Shown here: positions 6,330 through 9,514 of the stretch, piece by piece | How the letters are laid out: the number at the start of each line of letters is the position of its first letter | How positions within the stretch are numbered: position 1 is the first letter of the stretch | Source of the DNA: a virus | Taxonomy: Duplodnaviria > Heunggongvirae > Uroviricota > Caudoviricetes | Length of the DNA stretch: 9,514 nt | Virus record (IMG/VR): IMGVR_UViG_2711768021_000003 | Strand: one strand, 5' to 3' | Translations under genes and position numbers: made by a program | The notes under the pieces: generated by a model | Seen by the model: only the letters and a program-made list of their open reading frames with translations | What the model was told of the DNA's origin: nothing | Database searches by the model: none

Positions 6330-8059
6330 GCCGGAAATCTTACCCCAACGTAAATGCTGCAAATCAGTATGCCCGGGATGTCGTGCGCGGAAAGATTGTT
6401 GCCTGCCAGTTTGTGATTCAGGCCTGCCAGCGCCATCTTGATGACCTGATGGCGGAAAAAAGTAAGTCGTTTCGTTACCGCTTCGACAAGGACCTGGCTG
6501 AACGGGCCGCGAAATTTATTCAGCTGTTGCCGCACACCAAGGGGGAGTGGGCATTCAAACGGATGCCCATCACGCTGGAGCCGTGGCAGCTATTTGTGAT
6601 CTGCTGTGCGTTTGGCTGGGTCAATAAAGGCACCCGGTTGCGCCGCTTCCGGGAGGTGTACACCGAAATCCCCCGTAAGAACGGCAAATCAGCAATCTCT
6701 GCCGGTGTTGCCCTGTATTGTTTTGCCTGTGATAACGAGTTTGGCGCGGAAGTGTATTCCGGTGCCACGACAGAGAAACAGGCGTGGGAAGTCTTTCGCC
6801 CGGCGCGACTGATGTGTAAACGCACACCCATGCTGACGGAAGCGTTCGGGATTGAGGTTAACGCCTCAAACATGAACCGTCCGGAGGATGGCGCGCGGTT
6901 TGAACCGCTGATCGGCAACCCAGGTGATGGTTCATCACCCCACTGTGCCGTGGTTGATGAATATCACGAGCATGCCACCGATGCGCTTTATACCACAATG
7001 CTTACCGGGATGGGGGCGCGACGTCAGCCACTGATGTGGGCCATCACCACCGCCGGGTACAACATTGAGGGGCCGTGCTACGACAAGCGGCGGGAAGTCA
7101 TCGAGATGCTCAACGGCTCGGTGCCTAACGATGAACTGTTCGGGATCATCTATACCGTTGATGAAGGTGACGACTGGACCGGCCCGCAGGTGCTGGAAAA
7201 AGCCAATCCAAATATTGGCGTGTCGGTTTATCGCGAATTTTTGTTAAGTCAGCAGCAGCGTGCGAAAAATAACGCCCGTCTGGCAAACGTCTTTAAAACA
7301 AAACACCTCAATATCTGGGTGTCGGCGCGTTCGGCGTATTTCAACTTGGTGAGCTGGCAGAGCTGCGAGGATAAATCACTGACCCTTGAGCAGTTCGAGG
7401 GGCAGCCGTGCATTCTGGCCTTTGACCTGGCGCGTAAGCTGGATATGAACAGCATGGCGCGACTTTATACCCGCGAGATTGACGGTAAAACGCATTACTA
7501 CAGTGTGGCCCCGCGTTTCTGGGTACCGTATGACACGGTGTACAGCGTCGAGAAAAATGAAGATCGACGGACAGCCGAACGCTTTCAGAAATGGGTGGAA
7601 ATGGGCGTTCTGACCGTTACCGATGGTGCGGAGGTGGATTATCGCTACATCCTCGAGGAGGCCAAAGCGGCGAACAAAATCAGCCCGGTCAGTGAGTCAC
7701 CCATCGACCCCTTCGGGGCGACCGGGTTGTCACATGACCTTGCTGATGAAGACCTGAATCCCGTCACTATCGTCCAGAACTTCACCAATATGTCCGATCC
7801 GATGAAAGAGCTGGAAGCAGCGATTGAATCGGGACGTTTTCATCATGACGGCAATCCCATCATGACCTGGTGTATCGGCAACGTGGTCGGCAAAAACATG
7901 CCGGGTAACGATGATGTGGTGAAACCCGTCAAAGAGCAGGCGGAAAACAAAATCGATGGTGCAGTTGCGCTGATTATGGCGGTTGGCAGAGCCATGCTGT
8001 ACGAGAAAGAAGACACGCTGTCTGACCACATTGAGTCCTACGGGATCCGCTCGCTTTAA
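6326..8059 (+). CDS. Terminase large subunit (Terminase_1 family, HK97 gp2-like)
   Basis: 577-aa ORF translationally coupled to TerS. ATPase-like N-terminal half ([16 protein letters not shown], Walker-B-like CAVVDEYHE) and nuclease-like C-terminal half ([12 protein letters not shown]). Confidence 0.9.
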   Translation: MSRKSYPNVNAANQYARDVVRGKIVACQFVIQACQRHLDDLMAEKSKSFRYRFDKDLAERAAKFIQLLPHTKGEWAFKRMPITLEPWQLFVICCAFGWVNKGTRLRRFREVYTEIPRKNGKSAISAGVALYCFACDNEFGAEVYSGATTEKQAWEVFRPARLMCKRTPMLTEAFGIEVNASNMNRPEDGARFEPLIGNPGDGSSPHCAVVDEYHEHATDALYTTMLTGMGARRQPLMWAITTAGYNIEGPCYDKRREVIEMLNGSVPNDELFGIIYTVDEGDDWTGPQVLEKANPNIGVSVYREFLLSQQQRAKNNARLANVFKTKHLNIWVSARSAYFNLVSWQSCEDKSLTLEQFEGQPCILAFDLARKLDMNSMARLYTREIDGKTHYYSVAPRFWVPYDTVYSVEKNEDRRTAERFQKWVEMGVLTVTDGAEVDYRYILEEAKAANKISPVSESPIDPFGATGLSHDLADEDLNPVTIVQNFTNMSDPMKELEAAIESGRFHHDGNPIMTWCIGNVVGKNMPGNDDVVKPVKEQAENKIDGAVALIMAVGRAMLYEKEDTLSDHIESYGIRSL

Positions 8060-8070
8060 CTGAGGTAATT

Positions 8071-8253
8071 ATGATCATGCTGATTCTCGCGCCTCTGGTG
8101 GGCGTGCTGGGTGCGCTTTTGCTGGCGTATGGTGCCTGGCTGATTTATCCCCCGGCGGGTTTTGTTGTTGCCGGGGCGCTGTGCCTGTTCTGGTCGTGGC
8201 TGGTGGCGCGATATCTCGACCGTACACGGCAGTCTGTCGGCGGAGGTAAATAG
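8071..8253 (+). CDS. Small hydrophobic protein, two predicted transmembrane helices, unknown function
   Basis: ATG 8071 with GAGG 5 nt upstream, 11 nt after the TerL stop. '[60 protein letters not shown]' is 60 aa with two hydrophobic segments and a charged tail. Stop TAG overlaps a GTG that has a strong GGAGG RBS (candidate portal start). Confidence 0.45.
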   Translation: MIMLILAPLVGVLGALLLAYGAWLIYPPAGFVVAGALCLFWSWLVARYLDRTRQSVGGGK

Positions 8254-9409
8254 TGTTCTTTTCGGGATTATTTCAACGAAAAAGCGATGTGCCGGTGACC
8301 ACGCCAGCAGAACTGCTGATGCTATCGGGCTGTCATACGACACCTATACCGGAAAGCGGATCAGTAGCCAGCGGGCCATGCGCCTGACGGCGGTCTATTC
8401 TTGCGTCAGGGTGCTGGCAGAGTCTGTTGGTATGCTGCCCTGCAGTCTCTACAAAATCAGCGGTACCCTGAAAACACGGGCGGTGGATGAACGACTGCAT
8501 AAGTTGGTTTCGGCAAAACCTAATGGCTACATGACACCGCAGGAATTCTGGGAGCTGGTTATTGTCTGCCTGTGTCTACGGGGGAATTTTTACGCCTACA
8601 AGGTAAAGGCACTGGGAGAAGTGGTGGAGCTTCTTCCGATAGATCCGGGCTGTGTGGAACCGAAGCTGAACAGCCAGTGGCAGCCGGTTTATCAGGTGAC
8701 GTTTCCGGATGGTTCCGTGGATGTGTTGACCCAGAATGAAATCTGGCATGTGCGCACCCTGACGCTGGATGGACTTGTCGGGCTGAATCCCATTGCGTAT
8801 GCGCGTGAGGCCATTTCACTGGCAGCGGCAACCGAGGAGCACGGTGCCAGGTTGTTTAGTAATGGTGCGGTGACATCCGGTGTGTTGCGTACGGAACAAA
8901 AGCTCACGCCGGATGCTTACGAGCGTCTGAAGAAAGATTTTGAGGAGTGTCACACGGGGCTTGGCAATGCTCACCGCCCGATGATTCTGGAAATGGGGCT
9001 GGACTGGAAGTCGATGGCGCTGAACGCCGAGGACAGTCAGTTCCTGGAAACCCGCAAGTTTCAGCTGGAAGAAATCTGTCGTCTGTTCCGGGTGCCGTTG
9101 CACATGGTGCAGAACACCGATCGCGCCACCTTCAACAATATCGAAGAGCTGGGGCTGGGATTTATCAACTATTCACTGGTGCCGTATCTGACCCGCATCG
9201 AACAGCGGATCAACACCGGACTGGTACGAAAAAGTAAGCAGGGCGTTTATTACGCCAAATTTAACGCCGGGGCGTTACTGCGCGGGGATATGAAGTCCCG
9301 TTTTGAAGCCTACGCCACCGGGATCAACTGGGGAATTTACTCTTCCAATGACTGCCGCGACCTGGAAGATATGAATCCGCGTCCCGGTGGTGTAATGCCG
9401 ATCAGTTAA
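8253..9409 (+). CDS. Portal protein (HK97 family) with an apparent -1 frame break near 8327-8330
   Basis: Main ORF (frame of 8162, through 9409) carries portal motifs 'AMRLTAVYSCVRVLAESVGMLP' and 'GLNPIAYAREAISLAAATEEHGARLFSNGAVTSGVL'. The best start is GTG 8253 (GGAGG at 8242-8246) but it is in a different frame that stops at 8385-8387. The two frames join if the GGG run at 8327-8329 is read as GGGG. The unambiguous in-frame part is 8378..9409. Confidence 0.7.
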
Positions 9410-9442
9410 GGATCAGTTGACCGATCCAGTGGCTGTGTAAGA

Positions 9443-9477
9443 ATCCGGAAACGCTCACTTGTTTCCGGATTTTTTTA
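9443..9477 (+). terminator. Rho-independent terminator downstream of the portal gene
   Basis: Perfect 10-bp stem ATCCGGAAAC (9443-9452) / GTTTCCGGAT (9461-9470), 8-nt loop, then TTTTTT (9471-9476). Confidence 0.65.
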
Positions 9478-9514
9478 TGCACATTGGACAGGCTCTTGAT
9501 CTGGTATCCCGTTA

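Noticed and set aside
5613-6918. Minus-strand ORFs 5613..6017, 5816..6028, 6095..6535, 6520..6918 and 6621..6827 overlapping HNH/TerS/TerL
   Set aside because: Antisense to conserved packaging genes in GC-rich sequence, no convincing start context; Arg/Ser/Pro-rich translations.
8162-8252. Upstream extension of the portal ORF from TTG 8162
   Set aside because: Lies inside the small membrane ORF in another frame, has no RBS, and the translation ([17 protein letters not shown]...) is not portal-like.

Overview
This window is a lambdoid prophage segment from an enterobacterial genome (E. coli/Shigella/Salmonella-like), read entirely on the + strand from the end of the replication module through the late control region and lysis cassette into the DNA-packaging module. 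Gene order: DnaB-like replicative helicase, small hypothetical protein, RusA resolvase, Q-type late antiterminator, candidate late promoter and short-transcript terminator, a self-contained cargo gene (ORF6N/Rha-like regulator) with its own terminator, four tRNA genes (Ile2/Met-CAT, Arg-TCT, Thr-TGT, Gly-TCC), a phage-21-type lysis cassette (pinholin, SAR endolysin, lambda-like Rz/Rz1), HNH endonuclease, a GC-rich inverted repeat that may mark the cos region, TerS (P27 family), TerL, a small two-helix membrane ORF, an HK97-type portal, and a strong terminator. Two N-runs (4272-4559 and 5023-5143) hide the 5' part of the holin, the 3' end of the endolysin and the 5' ends of Rz/Rz1. The most interesting points are the cargo gene and tRNA cluster at the position where Stx phages carry their toxin genes, an apparent -1 frame break at a G-run in the 5' end of the portal gene, the small membrane ORF wedged between TerL and portal, and gene-length arithmetic showing the second N-run cannot hold what is missing. 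No CRISPR array, integrase or attachment site is visible. All family assignments are from reading motifs by eye; no searches were run.
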